Notes under the pieces: generated by a model
What the model was told of the DNA's origin: nothing
What the model saw: the letters and a program-made list of their open reading frames with translations, nothing else
Database searches by the model: none
Shown: positions 51,622 to 64,000 of the stretch, piece after piece
Layout of the letters: every line of letters starts with the position of its first letter
How positions within the stretch are numbered: the stretch's first letter is position 1
Origin: Octopus sinensis
Lineage: Eukaryota
Direction of reading: 5' to 3'
Assembly (NCBI RefSeq): GCF_006345805.1
Contig: NC_043008.1
Span: forward strand, 6,014,001-6,078,000
Length of the DNA: 64,000 bases
Translations under genes and position numbers: made by a program

Positions 51622-52234
51622 TATGTAATATGGATTTATTGGTTTTTATGTATTTCATGAAAAAGAAGGAAAATATATCCAGAAGGCAAAAAAGAATATG
51701 ATTTTGTGCATTTCGATATATTTCCAGAAAACATTTTACAGTGTTGAGATGTTGATCAGAAATTTACTAAGGAAAACTGAAAGAGAATTCTTTAAAGTCT
51801 TACAATTTAATGATTTAGAAACAGATTATATATTATTATAGGGCGGAAGACTCTAATGTGAAGTGAAAATTCTATCGGGACAAAACAAGATTTATTTTCT
51901 TTTCTTATTTGCAGACCACTAAGTGGAAACAGCAGTTAAAGCAGATCCTGAATTGAAAATGTTAGAAAGCAGAAAACAAGAGAAGTCAGTTAAAATGCCT
52001 TGAAGTTTCTTCTTGCTTGAGAGTTTGTAAGGTGAAAGATTTCTTATGAGACTAAGAATTATGATATATCTGCTGGCAATTGGTCACTTATTATTTGAGG
52101 TGTTACACTGACCAGACTGTAGAAATATAAATTCAATAGTGAAAGTTGATAATAGAAAAATATGAAAGACAAACTGTTGAAAATTCAACTGACTTTCCAG
52201 GTTAACACATTAAACTACATACATATATATATAC

Positions 52235-52265
<31 letters not shown>

Positions 52266-52377
52266 CATATATATACCCCATACCCATCAAACTCAGCAAG
52301 AAAAACTAAATGAAGGTAAAAAAAAAAAATTATTTTTATCAAGTTGAAAAATATTTCCATATTTGAAACTGACTTAC

Positions 52378-52578
52378 CTGTGTGGTCCATAACAAGAGCA
52401 AGATAGAGCAGCAGTACTTTTGCAAAGGCAGGATATATTTTAGTGAAAGAGAGCAAATGAAGAGATAAACAGATTGGTAATGACCACCAGATAGAGTTGA
52501 CAATTGTATTTGCCAGCCGGAGTAACAAGACTCCAACAGGCACAACAATATTTTCAGCTTTTCCTCATTATCTACTGG
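52378..52578 (-). CDS. Candidate 201-nt exon
   Basis: Acceptor gatgtttctttag| and donor CAG|gtaagt; phase-0 frame open for 67 codons (PVDNEEKL...LLWTTQ); another frame ends hydrophobic ...LLYLALVMDHT(G). Confidence 0.45.
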
Positions 52579-52689
52579 CTAAAGAAACATCTAATAATTA
52601 CATGCTCACCATTTTCCTAATGTATTTATAAAAAAAAAAAAATTATTATTATTATTATTATTTCATCATTATTTCACTCAGTACTTTGT

Positions 52690-53200
52690 AGGTGTTCTGC
52701 TGATATTTGGATTCCAAGATACTTAGTTGTATCCCACAACCTTAGGCGTCAAGCACGTATCCGATATTCCCTTCTGTGTTAAGAAAATGGGTTTTCTCTC
52801 TAAAGCCAGGAAATTCATCTCAAACCTCACATCATCAACCAACCATTCAAACTTCTCGCAACCGTTTCCTAAGCTTCCGACTACAATTGGGATAATGATA
52901 ACTTTACAGCGATTCCAGATTCTTTGAAGTTTGTATTTTAAGTCCTAGAATTATTTGTCTTACATTCTTTATTTGCCATTCCTGTATCAAACAGGCAAGA
53001 AATATCAATTAAACAACACACTCGTCTCTTTGACAATATCTGGCCAGGAATGTTCTATTTGCTTATCTCTTTGAAGTTTCATATCCCACACTTTCTTCAC
53101 ACAACGGTTCTCAAAGATGTATTCTGTTTTTATGGCCCTACCATACTGCCAAATCTTTCTAATCCATAATTCTTTTTACAGATTTGTCAATGGATGATTG
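52690..53200 (-). mobile_element. R4/Dong-like LINE 3' fragment
   Basis: Reverse frame VWDMKLQRDKQIEHSWPDIV...LIDISC. Confidence 0.65.
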
Positions 53201-53689
53201 TTGCAACCTTGTCAGATCTCTTTTATAATTATTATTATTAATATTGTTGTATTTATTATTATTATCATTATTACTAATAGTGTTGTTGTTGTTATTATTA
53301 TTATTATCATTATTATTATTATTATTAGTGTAATAGAGTAGGAAAATTGAGAGTGCCCCAGATAAAACACATTTACATATCTCTTTACATTCTCAAGTTA
53401 AATCCTCCCAGAGTCGACTTTATCTTTTATCCTTCTCAGTCAAGTACTTGAGGATTGATCTAAGCTGAGGGGCCGCACCAAACTCCAGTCTGATTTGGCA
53501 TGGTTTCTACAGCTAGATGCCCTTCCTAATGCCAACCACTCCCAGAGTGATGGGTGCTTCTATGTGCCACCAGCACAGGTACCAGTTGCAGGACCCAATA
53601 CCTACCACAACTACAATTTCCCTCGGCTTGATGGGTCTTCTACTAAAGCACCTGGTTTCTTGCTGTGAATTAAGTTCTCCAACATTTCA

Positions 53690-54466
53690 TACCAATTCAT
53701 AGAAGGCATCTCATGTTTTCTGCTACTCCAAACATTTCCATAGTTCTTGTTATCCCAGAGTGAGATATCATATCATATCATATGCTTCATGGCAATCAAT
53801 CCATGCCATGCTCAGATTTGTGTGTCTTCTCTGGCAATTTCTGATGACTCGTTTATCAATTAACAGCTGATCTTTGGTTCCACGGCTCCTCTTTTGACAG
53901 CCCCTTCTCTTCAATAGACAGCAACCCACTTTTTACTTGGTGTTCATACAGTTCATTGGCCAAAAGACCTTACAATAATTTCCGTATTAATGGAAAGCCT
54001 GTTATTGGTCAAAAGCTGGATCCAATGTCATCCTTTTAGAAGATCTTTGACACAAATCAATGTCTTCCCTTTTATCATCCAGCAGTCCTGTGATCCTTTC
54101 ATGGAGCCCTCTCACCATTTGATTCAATAACCTTGGATGCCATCCAGTATTACTATTATTATTATTATCATCATCATCATCATCTTTATTATTATCATTA
54201 TCATTATCATCATTGCTATTATTATTATCATTATTGCCTTTTCACAGCTTCTAACGCTGGAGATGTACTACGGTGTTAGCTGTTCACTACCAGTGAACTA
54301 AGGTAACACCTCTTATTTTTCAAGCACCTTCCGGAGTATTCGAGCGGTTCCAAGCAGTGCTGTTTTCTGCAAGTGTTCCACCCTTATTGCAGCCCCTATT
54401 TGTTCCATGTACTTCTCAAGATTTTACTCACTGTTCCCAGGGCTCCGACAATTATTGGTACCATTA

Positions 54467-54475
<9 letters not shown>
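53690..54475 (-). mobile_element. R4/Dong-like LINE fragments (RT and C-terminus)
   Basis: [19 protein letters not shown]; VPIIVGALGTV..LEKYMEQIGAAIRVEHLQKTALLGTARILRKVLE. Confidence 0.85.
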
Positions 54476-54501
<26 letters not shown>

Positions 54502-55185
54502 GGTCTATAGAATTATAGGTCTGTGAATTAGAGTAGAATAAATAGACAAACTACAACTCATACTTAAATACTGTTAAGCTATTAGAAGATCGTAGCCCAT
54601 TGCATTACTTGACAACATACGGAGAGAGAGCGGGGGGGGAGTAAAAGAATTCAAATTAATAAATAAATCAACACTCTTGCTATGCCTCTCCAGCCATGCC
54701 ACTCTGCTGAATCACATTTCCCATAGCAAACACTTTACTCAAGTCTTTCTACCCTCAGACCTGTGTTGTCTCTTTATAACTTCCATATTTTCCTTCTCAC
54801 CTGTCCTCGCAGTCTCTCAGGACACAGAAGACCATAAGCATCCCTCTTTCTTTCTCTAACTAATACAAAACACTTAATCTGTGGTTAAATCTTTAGAGTC
54901 TGGAGCCAAGTTCTTCACTGAATGCCTATCGAGAACGGTCACATGACTGAGTGATACTAGAATATTACTTATGCTTTACAAACTTAACAAAACTCGCAAA
55001 ATCCTCTCTAAATCCCGCATACTTTGTCTTTTTTACTCCAGAAAATATATCTGTCTGATTCGCATTAGCATAAGCTGTAAAAGATTAAAGTCAGATGTAA
55101 AAAGGTTGAATAGTCAGTCAATACTAATCTAGTTACAATTGTACAATGTAGCAGGGCTTAGCACTGAATCTTAGAAAAGAAACAG

Positions 55186-55217
<32 letters not shown>

Positions 55218-55520
55218 CAAACAATGCAATATGAATGTATTAGATTATTATAATACGTGAATAAGAAACAAAAGTTTGAGTTTGACTTATTCTTTAACTC
55301 ATAAAAAAAATATTGTTATAAAAATGTAAACATATTTTCAATATTAGTTTGTGAGAGAAATTTCTTGTATTTTGTGTGAATGTATGAAAGTCGTTAACCA
55401 TTGATACTTAATTAACAAATACTTAATTAACCCAGCACAGGGGAAACATAATTACAGAACAAAACAGTTAACAAAATCATATAATAATAAAACTATTATC
55501 TGAATAATGAAACTAAATAA

Positions 55521-55563
<43 letters not shown>

Positions 55564-55949
55564 GTAATGATAATGATGATACTGAATTCAGTTTAAACTG
55601 CAAGTGATTAATTATATTGTTTATTTTAATTAACCACAAAGCTATTTTGCATAGAAGAGGACATAGTCAACTGAAGAAAATTCAGTTTTGTATTGTAACG
55701 TATGTTATGAAACCCAGAAGAGTAAAAGCTGAGGTGATCTCACTAAGATCTGGACTCCAATAGCAGAAGTGAATGCAAAAAAATTGTATTAACTGGTTCA
55801 TAATTGTGGGTTATTTACTCATTGGTAAAAATAAAATTCAATTATGATGTAAAGAAGCATTACACAATGAGTAGAGTTCTGAGTATTGTTCAGCAAGAAA
55901 GTTGCATAGATATACACGGCCAGTATGGTTTGGTAGATGTCTTTTAACA

Positions 55950-56630
55950 AGAAGAAGAAGAAGGAGAATTGAAGAAGAAGTAGGAGTAAGAGAAGAAGAA
56001 GAAGAAAAAGGAGAAGAAGAAGAATTGAAGAAGGAGAAGAAGAAAGAGAAGAAGAAGAATTGAAGAAGGAGAAGAAGAAGACGAAAGAGAAGAAGAGAGA
56101 AAAGAGAAGAAGAGGAAGAAGAAGAAGACGAAAGAAGTAGAAGAAGAAAGAGAAGAAGAATTGAAGAAGAAGAAGAAGAGAAGAAGAATTGAAGAAGAAG
56201 GAGAAGAAAGAGAAGAAGGAGAAGAAGAAGAAGAAAAAGGAGAAGAAGAAGAATTGAAGAAGGAGAAGAAGAAAGAGAAGAAGAAGAATTGAAGAAGGAG
56301 AAGAAGAAGACGAAAGAGAAGAAGAAGAAGAAGAAGAAGACAAAAGAGAAGAAGAAGAAGAAGAAGAAGAAGACGAAAGAAGAAGAAGAAGAAGAAGAAG
56401 AAGAAGAAGAAAAGAAGTAGAAAAAGAAAGAGAAGAAGAATTGAAGAAGAAGAAAGAAGAAGAAGAAGAAAAGAAGAATTGAAGAAGAAGAAGATTTGAA
56501 GAAGAAGAAGAATTGAAGAAGGAGAAGAAGATGAAGAAGAAGAGAAGAAGAATAAGAATAAGAAGAAGAAGAAAGGAAGAAGAATTGAAGAAGAAGAAAA
56601 AGAAAAAGAAGAATAAGAAAAAGAAGAAAA
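55950..56630. repeat. About 680-bp purine-rich (GAA)n-derived tract with higher-order duplications
   Basis: Recurring gaagaattgaagaag; 56001-56095 is repeated at about 56231-56325. Confidence 0.95.
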
Positions 56631-57073
56631 AAATGAGATGAGAAAGTGACTTGCTGTCATCTCTAACAGACACAGCTACACTGATATGGGTGTATAGGAG
56701 AATGAAGATACAAAGCAGGTGAGAGAATTGCTGTGAGCAGACGAAAGATGGTGCCAGGGAATGAGGAATACGAAGGATAAAAATATGGAGGTAGTGGTGT
56801 TATCTGAGGGAGTTGAGCCTTGGAACTAAAATGGTAAATGGTGAAGGAGACTGGCAGTAATGCCACTGTACTCAGACCCACATGACATAGGTTTATATAT
56901 AAAAAGAAATGTAAGCATAATAATAATAATGTTTGGTTACTATGGAAATAGAGAGGAATGGAGGGAAGGGTGAGTGAGAGGAGGAGGAAGTTAGGATTAT
57001 AAATTACAGTCTAATACCATAGGTTTCATGTCAACAGATGACAATCAGTTGATCTCTTTGACCAGCATTAATG

Positions 57074-57118
57074 AAACTTGAATAACAAACCATAGAAGTT
57101 GCTTAAATCCTAAGCAAT

Positions 57119-57170
<52 letters not shown>

Positions 57171-57374
57171 AAAAAACAAAAACACACAAACTTAAATAAT
57201 AATTATAGACGTTTCTTAAATCTTAAGAAATGCACCCACACACACACATACATGCACACAGACACACACACAAACAAATACACACACAAACACACACACA
57301 CAAACAAACACACACACATACAAACTTGAATAACAATTACAGAGGTTTGTTAAATCCTAAGAAATGCATTCACA

Positions 57375-57415
<41 letters not shown>
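57074..57415. repeat. Three about 47-bp units, each followed by (CA)n
   Basis: aaactt.aataa.aa...ttaaatc.taag.aatgc at 57074, 57188 and 57322. Confidence 0.8.
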
Positions 57416-57574
57416 ACTGAGTATTTTTCTTTTTCTGCTTTAATATCAATATCTTACAGCAATTAAATCCGTTCTGATTGAGAAAAGTTGTTTTTCAGAT
57501 TTAGAGCTTTTTTTTTTTTTATTTTAAACATGGAAAGAAATGCTGATTGTAGTGATTTCTTACAAAATAATCCT

Positions 57575-57787
57575 TTCTATTATTGGCACAAGGCCTGAAA
57601 TTTTGTGGGGAAGGGATCAATCGATTACATTGACCCCAGTGTTTAACTGGTATTTATTTTTTAAAATCCTGAAGGGATAAAAGGCAAAGTTGACCTCGGC
57701 AGAATTTGAGCTTAGATCGTAAAGACGGATGGAATGCCGCTAAGCATTTTGCCCAGTGTGCTAACAATTTGGCCAGGTCACCACGTT
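57575..57787 (-). mobile_element. SINE S2
   Basis: Shared central block and reversed head. Confidence 0.85.
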
Positions 57788-57864
57788 CAATTACTAGCAA
57801 GATAATAATATAGAGTACGTTATTTACATTTGACGGATATTTTGTCCTCATCTTGTTTGTTGTT

Positions 57865-57910
57865 AACACAACGTTTCGGCTGATATACCCTCCAGCCTTC
57901 ATCAGGTGTC
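57865..57910 (-). ncRNA. Minimal type I hammerhead ribozyme (P1), intact
   Basis: GACAC CUGAUGA A GGCUG gaggguauau CAGCC GAAA CGU U GUGUU; predicted cleavage between 57870 and 57869. Confidence 0.8.
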
Positions 57911-58097
57911 TTGGGGAAATTTCAAACCTGGTTTCTCATTCCTAAGGTATTTTTCAATGTTATTATTATTATTATTATTATTACTATTCAGGTCACTGCT
58001 TGGAATTGAGCTCGGAATCTTGGGGTTAGTAGCCTGTTTTCTTAACCACTATGCCATATGCCCATGGAATGAGAACCCAGGTTCGAAATTTCCCCAA

Positions 58098-58143
58098 GAC
58101 ACCTGATGAAGGCTGGAGGGTAAATCAGCCGAAATGTTGTGTT
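58098..58143 (+). ncRNA. P1 hammerhead in the inverted arm, C15.2>U
   Basis: gacac CTGATGA A ggctg..cagcc GAAA TGT T gtgtt. Confidence 0.6.
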
Positions 58144-58459
58144 ATCACCAAACAAGATGAGGACAAATATCCGTTAAATGTAAATAATGTAAATAATTCC
58201 TCATCTCTTGAATATAGAACTGAACAATATAGAGTGTTAGAAGGAAATGGTTATATTTCCTATGCTGGTTAAAATAACAGAACTAAGCTGAATAATTTAC
58301 TCAAAATTTCGTCACAATTAAGTCGCAGAGAGAATTGTTTCATTCTTCTTGTTTTAATAATGTTTTTTGGTGGTCCATGCTGGTCCACCACAAAGTCCAG
58401 TCTTTATTGTGATGTTGTGGCTTCTATGCCTCGATGACTATGAAAGATATTCTTTTATT

Positions 58460-58860
58460 TTTTTTACTTGTTTCACTCATTTGACTGTGGCCATGCTGGA
58501 GCGCCACCTTAAAGGGTTGTAGTTGAAGAAGTCAACCCCAGGATTTATTCTTTGTAAGCCTAGTACTTTCTGCCGACTCGCTAAGTTACAGGGACATAAA
58601 TACACCAGCATCAGTTGTCAAATGATGGCAAGAGTACAAACATAGACACACACACATATATACATACATACACATGCCCACACACACACACCCATACATG
58701 CATACAAATATATATGTGTGTGTGTGTGTGTGAAGGGCTTCTTTTAGTTTCCATCAAATTAACTCACAAGGCTTTGGTCAGCCTGAGGCTATTTTAAAAG
58801 ACACCTGCCCAAGGAGCCATGCAGAGGGAGTGAACCAAGCTTCTTAAACAGCCACGTGTG
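58460..58860 (-). mobile_element. SINE S1, diverged
   Basis: Reversed S1 tail and head. Confidence 0.8.
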
Positions 58861-60544
58861 TCTACCACCAACGATGTAAATGCTGTTAGTAGGGCCTTCC
58901 ATGCAGGACAGGTCAAAAGACAGGGGCCGGATTATTAAGGGTCAATTCTTCCCAGAGTTAAAAATGAGTTTGTGTAGGGCCAACACCCCTTCTAAGGAGA
59001 AAACCCCAAAGTCACAGAAGCACCAATGACAATTTGAAATCAACAAAATTTGGGAAAGAAAACAACAACCCAGAGTTGGAAACAATGGGGACAAGTTGTT
59101 GACGGTGTGTGGTCCTTAAAGAGCAAAGAGCTTAAGGTAAAAAAAAAAGAAAGAGCACTGCATGCTTGTGGTGTATCTTCCAACACAAATAAACTATTGG
59201 TAAGAGATGTTACCTCAGTGACATTATAATAGAAAGAAGATACAGACTTCTTTCTTTTGTTTCTTAAAGATTTTGTGTGTGTGAGTGTGTGTGTGTGTGT
59301 GAGAGAGAGAGAGAAAAGAGAAAAGTTTTGTGAAATGATATTTGAATATGAATGTGTAACAGGGAGATGATGTTGTGTATTTCTATTTGATAATATCTTT
59401 GCATGGTTGCAAAATATGTCAGTATACAGTTTGTGTGTGTGTAACTATGTATCTTAATTCATATCTGTACATATGATTATCCGTATTTTTCTATATGTGG
59501 GGGTGATGTATCTATCTGCAGGTGGGAGAACGTTGTTAAAAGTTTTCTTCAGGTCCATAAATTTTCAGTATTTATTCGTAGCCATCCAGAACCGACTCAA
59601 AGTTCAATCATCTTTAAAGGCAATGTGTTGTGCTCCAGGGACGATCAGCTCAGCTGGTCTCACTCAGGTTTCCTGACTGACAAAACAGATTATAGTCCTA
59701 GTTCAGGGAAGACAGAAATGGCATCCAGCTATAAAACCATTTGTTCTATCAAAAACCAAACCATTTGCACAAACGTAAGAAGTGGATATAAAGAGATAAA
59801 GGAAATATATTGGAATATTCCCTTTGACATCACTATGTTCATAGAGGAATGAATACCATAATTTAGAATAATGTTCTGTTAATTAACCCCTATGTATTTA
59901 AAGGGGAAATGTTTGATTTGACCCCAGTTGGTTCAGTATTGATTCTGGAGCTGATTTAGTGAGATTTGAAAAGGTTGGTCTGTAACTCTGTGGAAAACTA
60001 CTTGCTTCCCATAGTCGTAATATACCATATTTCTGAAGACATTAATAGAAGCAAAGCCATTATTGTGACAGCAGTTACCCAAGGGAACGTTTAATAAAGG
60101 AAAGTTTTTAGAAGTGAAAGTTTCAACGACACCAAGTAATGCAATATACTTCAACATGTTGAAACATATTCGTTGCCGTTAGTAAATATTTGTAAGATTC
60201 CGTCAAGACTGGACTTAGATTGGAAAAAAAGTTGTCTGAAAAACACGACAAATAAAATTACAGCAAAAACCAAAGGAATTTACTATGCTAAAGACAGCTT
60301 ACAAAATATTTATTTATCAACAAATATTTATTTTCTCTCAGCTACAATGCTCTCCCAGTATTGGCACTGAGATCTCAGAACTCTTTCTTATTCTCAGAAT
60401 GTGCTGATAAACATAAGACCAATGAGAATAGAACTGTTTTGTCCTGAAGGAGTAGTTTAATTCAAAAGAGTTTAAAAGGGATAAAGAGAAAAAAAGACAA
60501 AAACAAAGAAAAGTAGTGGAAAACTATACGAATATAAATATAAG

Positions 60545-60935
60545 TGCAGGCATGGCTGTGTGGTAAGAAGTTTGATTCTCAACCACATAGTTCTGGGTTC
60601 AGTCCCACAGTGTGACACCTTAGGCAAGTGTCTTCTACTATATACTCATGCCAACCAAAGCCTTGGAAGTGAATTTGGAAGACAAAAATTGAAAGAAGCC
60701 CTTTGTATGTATGAATGTATGTATGTGTGTGTGTCTGTATGTTTGTGTTTGTCCCCTATCTGACAACTGAGGCCGGTTCTATGTTCCTGTAACTTAGCAG
60801 TTTGACAAAGAAGACTGATAGAATAAGTACCAGGCTAAAAGAAAATACAAGTACCGGGGTTGATTCCTTTGACTAAATACTCTTCAAGACTGCTCCAGCA
60901 TGGCAGCAGTCTAATAACTGAAACAAGTAAATGAC
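60545..60935 (+). mobile_element. SINE S1
   Basis: gtgcaggcatggctgtgtggtaag ... ctgaaacaagtaaa. Confidence 0.85.
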
Positions 60936-61552
60936 AAGAATACCACCTGAAACTCTTGTATACATAATTAATAAATTGTTGATCGTTTTTTTGGTCTTCG
61001 GTAAACGCTGACACTTTGAATAACATTCAGTAATGGAACAGAGATACTCTACAGATAATATTAAGAAAGCATAAATTATTGATTTCGACTTAAATATAAA
61101 ATACTTACAATGACAATAATATTGTTCCATATTAGCTAATGTGGAGAGGAACAAAAAAAAAATCTTTTTTCCTTGTGTTTCTCATTTAGCAACGATTTAA
61201 GGAGTTTTTGTCCATGCTTTTATAAAAACACATAGATTGTTTTTCACTAAACTGCTTTGATCAGTAAATTATTTATCATCTTCCAAAGTATTATAGATTG
61301 AACTTGACTAAATACAACGGTAACTTGTACAAAATTCACTGATCACATGGGAAAAGAAGAAAAATTTGACTTTGAAGAGATTTGAGCATAAATTTTGGGA
61401 AAGTGAAATTAGATAATGTGAAATAAGTTCACTGCCACATCGACAAAGCCATCTCCAATGACATATTTCTTCTTCTTATATATTGTAATAATAATAATAA
61501 TGATAATAATAATAATAATAATCATCATCATAATTATAATAATAATAGTTTA

Positions 61553-61640
61553 GTGCAGCTCCAGAAAACAGTATTCTTAGGGACAGCTAGAATACTTAGG
61601 AAGGTTCTTGGCATCTAAGGTTGCTTCTGGCAGCCTGAAG
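61553..61640 (+). mobile_element. R4/Dong-like LINE extreme 3' end
   Basis: VQLQKTVFLGTARILRKVLGI*. Confidence 0.75.
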
Positions 61641-61697
61641 CTAGGGATTTTTTTCTAACAGTGTAATTTGTTGTGCATATATGAAATAATAATAGTA

Positions 61698-61749
<52 letters not shown>

Positions 61750-61750
<1 letters not shown>

Positions 61751-61860
61751 GGGCATCCAGCCAGATCAAGATTGGAGCCTGGTGCAACCATCTGGTTCGC
61801 CAGTCCTCAGTCAAATTGTCCAACCCATGCTAGCATTGAAAGCGGACGTTAAACGATGAA
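61750..61860 (+). mobile_element. SINE S3 3' fragment
   Basis: S3 tail within (AAT)n. Confidence 0.85.
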
Positions 61861-62449
61861 TAATACTAATACTAATAATACTACTACTAATAATAATGAT
61901 AAATTATCTACAATGATGTATGTATATTGAATCTAACCTGAACCATTACATCTTATTTCCGTTAGTTCTTATCTGAACAAGATCTGGGGAAAGTCTATTT
62001 CGATGACCACGTAATATTCTGTGAGAGAGAGGTTTGACAGACCTGTGGCTATTATGTATTTCAAAATGTCCAAATGGCAGGAAACTGTAGATTAATTCAT
62101 TGATTTTCTTCCTGAGAATCAAATTTCTAATGAAGATGTTGATTATCCATCTTTTTACACCTATACATCTATAGGTTGGACAGGTATTCTTTACAGCATA
62201 TTAAGAATTACCTTTGCTTGTCATCATCTCTTCTTTTATACGCAATATTTGGGAATCCAACCTTGCCATTTATTCCTATATATTCTAAGACTTTCTTCTT
62301 CCTACGTCAATATTCATTCTCTATTAACTTCACATCTATGTCAACACAGACATTACTCCAATAAAGAATCCATGAGAGCCAGTGCCTGGTACTGCATCTG
62401 GGCAATTATTACCATCATCATCATCATCATTACACTTCCAGTCGGTTAA

Positions 62450-62748
62450 AATCAGAAGCCATGAGAGCCAGTGCCTGGTACTGCATCAGGGTGTTGCCAG
62501 TGCTGCTGGACTGGTTCCTGTGCAGGTGGCACATAAAAAGCACCATTTGAGCATGGCTGTTGCCAGTACCACCAAACTGGCCCTCGTGCTGGTGGCACAT
62601 AAAAGCAACTACTACACTCTTGGAGTGGTTGGTGTTAGGAAGGGCATCTACCAATTGAAACTCTGCCAGATCAGATTGGAGTCTGGTTCGCAGACCCCAG
62701 TGAAATCATCCAACCCATGCTAGCATGGAAAGCAGACGTTAAACAATG

Positions 62749-62750
<2 letters not shown>
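62450..62750 (+). mobile_element. SINE S3
   Basis: Internal subrepeats and tail. Confidence 0.8.
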
Positions 62751-62784
<34 letters not shown>

Positions 62785-63354
62785 GCAGCATAAACAATGT
62801 TTTGGGTACAGTGATGGTTGGAGTTGAATAATGAAAACTTTCACTATGGCTGAAAATCAATATATTTTCAATAAGTTAAAGGAACATTTGAAAGTTTTTA
62901 TGTGTGTTTTAGTAACCTTTAATTGAAAGACTATCGCTAAATTTAGAGACAAATAAAGAAAACTGCAAATAAATAAATAAATAAATAAGAAATTAGAAAA
63001 TAAAAAATCTTGAATGATAGAAAAAGAGTGAGACTAGTAAAATGATTCCCCTTTACCAACATTGGTAAATCTAAGAGAATTCCTGACATATGACTGTAGC
63101 AACTATTATTTACAGGACACCCTTCACACACACACACACACATTTTAATCACCTCAGTTCACTTTTTAATAAGGTACTGCATCAGATTTAATAGCTTATT
63201 TATTTTTTTAGAGCAGTTTTAAAAGAATAAAGTTATAAATGATTATTAAACATGGTGTTGATATTGATTGCAACTTTAAGTCTTTTTAATTATGTTTTGG
63301 GGTTGAAGCAAGAACCAAAAAAGTAGTCTTGGAATGAGATATGCCAACATCGGC

Positions 63355-63520
63355 AAAGGTGTAGTTGTGTGGCAAGAAGCTTGCTTCTCAACCACATGGT
63401 TCCAGATTCAGTCCCACTGCGTGGCACCTTGGGCAAATGTCTTCTACTGTAGCCTGGGGCTGACCAAAGCCTTGTGAGGGGATTTGGTAGAAGGAAACTG
63501 AAAGAAGCCCATCGTGTGTC
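63355..63520 (+). mobile_element. SINE S1 5' part
   Basis: Head through ggaaactgaaagaagcccatcg. Confidence 0.85.
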
Positions 63521-63546
63521 TGTGTGTGACCCTTCTGTCCGGCACT

Positions 63547-63742
63547 AGTCGCCATGATTGATCGTTAGCCACTACACACATTTTTATCGCTCCTTGTTTT
63601 TTCTGTGTTCCTTTCTGCAGAAGAGCGTAGGCTCGAAACGTAAAAGACTTTTTCTATCCTGAGCGTTATACTAATACATCTGTTTGTTTTGTACATCACC
63701 TCTCTTCGTCTTTTGATTTTTTCGTAAACTCACCCTATATAT
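63547..63742 (+). mobile_element. P3 repeat, copy 2
   Basis: Colinear with 49357-49550. Confidence 0.8.
63611..63646 (+). ncRNA. Minimal hammerhead variant (A6>C) in P3
   Basis: CUUU CUGCAGA A GAGC GUAG GCUC GAAA CGU A AAAG. Confidence 0.6.
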
Positions 63743-64000
63743 AATTAATAATATCAGGGTAATAAAGATTTTAGAAATTTTTACTATCAGTGGCCTAGCG
63801 TATAGTAAAATTGGTCAATAGACTATATATTATTTATATAAAAAAGCCTGAAACCATGCTCCAGGAAATAGATGGTAAATGTTTTTATTTTTCATTCCCT
63901 TTGAGATTTTATCCCTAATTAGTGGTTTGAACTTTAGCTGTTCCTTCCAGTGTAAGGGAGTGCTCCAGCATGGCTGCAGTCAAGTAAAAGAATTGGCATA

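Larger units (their letters stand above)
57815..58222 (-). mobile_element. P1 element copy E, best preserved
   Basis: Full unit on the minus strand (head about 57987-58065); inverted partner from ggaatgagaaccc to the extra tail ttcctcatctcttgaatatagaactg. Confidence 0.92.

Noticed and set aside
51915-52030. Strong plus-strand acceptor followed by a possible donor
   Set aside because: All three frames contain stops; at most a non-coding exon, unsupported
55819-56673. 284-aa and 238-aa ORFs, the longest in the track
   Set aside because: Translations of the (GAA)n/(TTC)n tract; low complexity only
57074-57415. CRISPR-like repeat-spacer look
   Set aside because: Units are diverged, spacers are (CA)n, the context is eukaryotic and there are no cas genes

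Overview
AT-rich eukaryotic, repeat-saturated sequence. The SINE and microsatellite families look like those of an Octopus (coleoid cephalopod) genome; this is recognition from memory, not a database result. No complete protein-coding gene, rRNA, true tRNA or CRISPR array is supported. Most ORF-track entries are translated microsatellites or SINEs, and only four splice-site-bounded candidate exons plus one possible microexon stand out. The window holds five tRNA-derived SINE families (here S1-S5), decayed R4/Dong-like and RTE-like LINEs, decayed mariner transposons, two TTAA-flanked piggyBac-type MITE families and several long hairpins. The main result is a Penelope/hammerhead footprint. A roughly 250-bp element (P1, 5 loci) joins a tRNA-like Pol III head to a body containing a minimal type I hammerhead ribozyme (HHR). 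Every locus carries an inverted, variably 5'-truncated second copy with an extra 3' tail of about 25-30 nt, the integration signature described for Penelope-like elements. Three further unrelated HHR-bearing repeat families (P2-P4), two HHR relics and a decayed Penelope GIY-YIG remnant are also present. Ribozyme folds were paired by eye and activity is untested. Repeat boundaries are approximate, to within tens of bp.
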